The notes under the pieces are model-generated. The model saw only the letters and a list, made by a program, of their open reading frames with translations, was not told the DNA's origin and ran no database searches. A stretch of 47,562 bases of DNA from assembly GCF_006345805.1 (NCBI RefSeq), contig NW_021834496.1, positions 1-47,562 on the forward strand, read 5' to 3'. A program made the translations under genes and the position numbers. This DNA is from Octopus sinensis. Its lineage: Eukaryota. Positions 47,235-47,562 of this stretch are shown one piece after another; positions within the stretch are counted from its first letter, which is position 1, and each line of letters opens with the position of its first letter.

Positions 47235-47425
47235 GTCAGACCCTTTAAAAATTCCACCGATTTATCACCCTGAATTTCAATGGATGCTTGGATATTTTTT
47301 TATCGACCTTCAAAGGCTGCTGGGCAAAGCTGACATCGGTCGCACTTTTGACTCAGGAATTCAGACAGACGAGAGGAAAATTCCGTGAAGCATTCTCGCC
47401 TAAACTCTAACAGCTCCGCCACTTC
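47235..47425 (-). mobile_element. Degenerate SINE family A copy
   Basis: TTTTTTATCGACC..AAAGGCTG..GGCAAAGCTGAC.TCGG..TTTGACTCAG..GACAGACGAG..CATT.TCGCC..CTAACAG. Confidence 0.55.
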
Positions 47426-47562
47426 GCAGCCCTTTTTTCGACAAAAGCAACAACCACCATTACTACTACTACAACTCATATTACGACTAATACTACTACC
47501 ACTGCTACTACTACCATTCCTACAACTACAACAACAAGTATTTCTACGCCAACATTAAAAAT

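Overview
This is eukaryotic, AT-rich and extremely microsatellite-dense DNA. The SINE families and repeat landscape look like an Octopus (coleoid cephalopod) genome; that assignment comes from recall, not a database search. The window is mostly intronic or intergenic. It contains: (1) a ~3.8 kb disrupted CR1/L2-group LINE (9667-13490, +) with a CCCH zinc-finger ORF1 and an APE+RT ORF2, whose 3' tail and stem-loop are shared with a local tRNA-derived SINE family; (2) a 5'-truncated R4/Dong-clade LINE (33606-36513, -) sitting inside a (TAA)n microsatellite, plus a second RLE-LINE 3' fragment; (3) a decayed Tc1-like DD37E (TRT-type) transposon with ~310 bp TIRs (3183-5870); (4) mariner, Tigger-like, Helentron-associated, RTE, Penelope-like and gag-knuckle remnants; (5) more than 20 SINE copies. 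Host-gene evidence is limited to one good candidate first coding exon on the minus strand (15253-15357, MGNTIMEVCQQKL...) and weaker exon candidates. There are no prokaryotic features, CRISPR arrays, rRNA or true tRNA genes. Nearly all ORFs in the supplied track are microsatellite or antisense artefacts. I do not see a new multi-gene system. The most interesting signals concern retroelement mechanics (LINE-SINE tail covariation, serial insertion at one target site, a twin-priming-like inversion, microsatellite targeting), an unidentified N-terminal exon and a compact cluster of transcription-factor sites.
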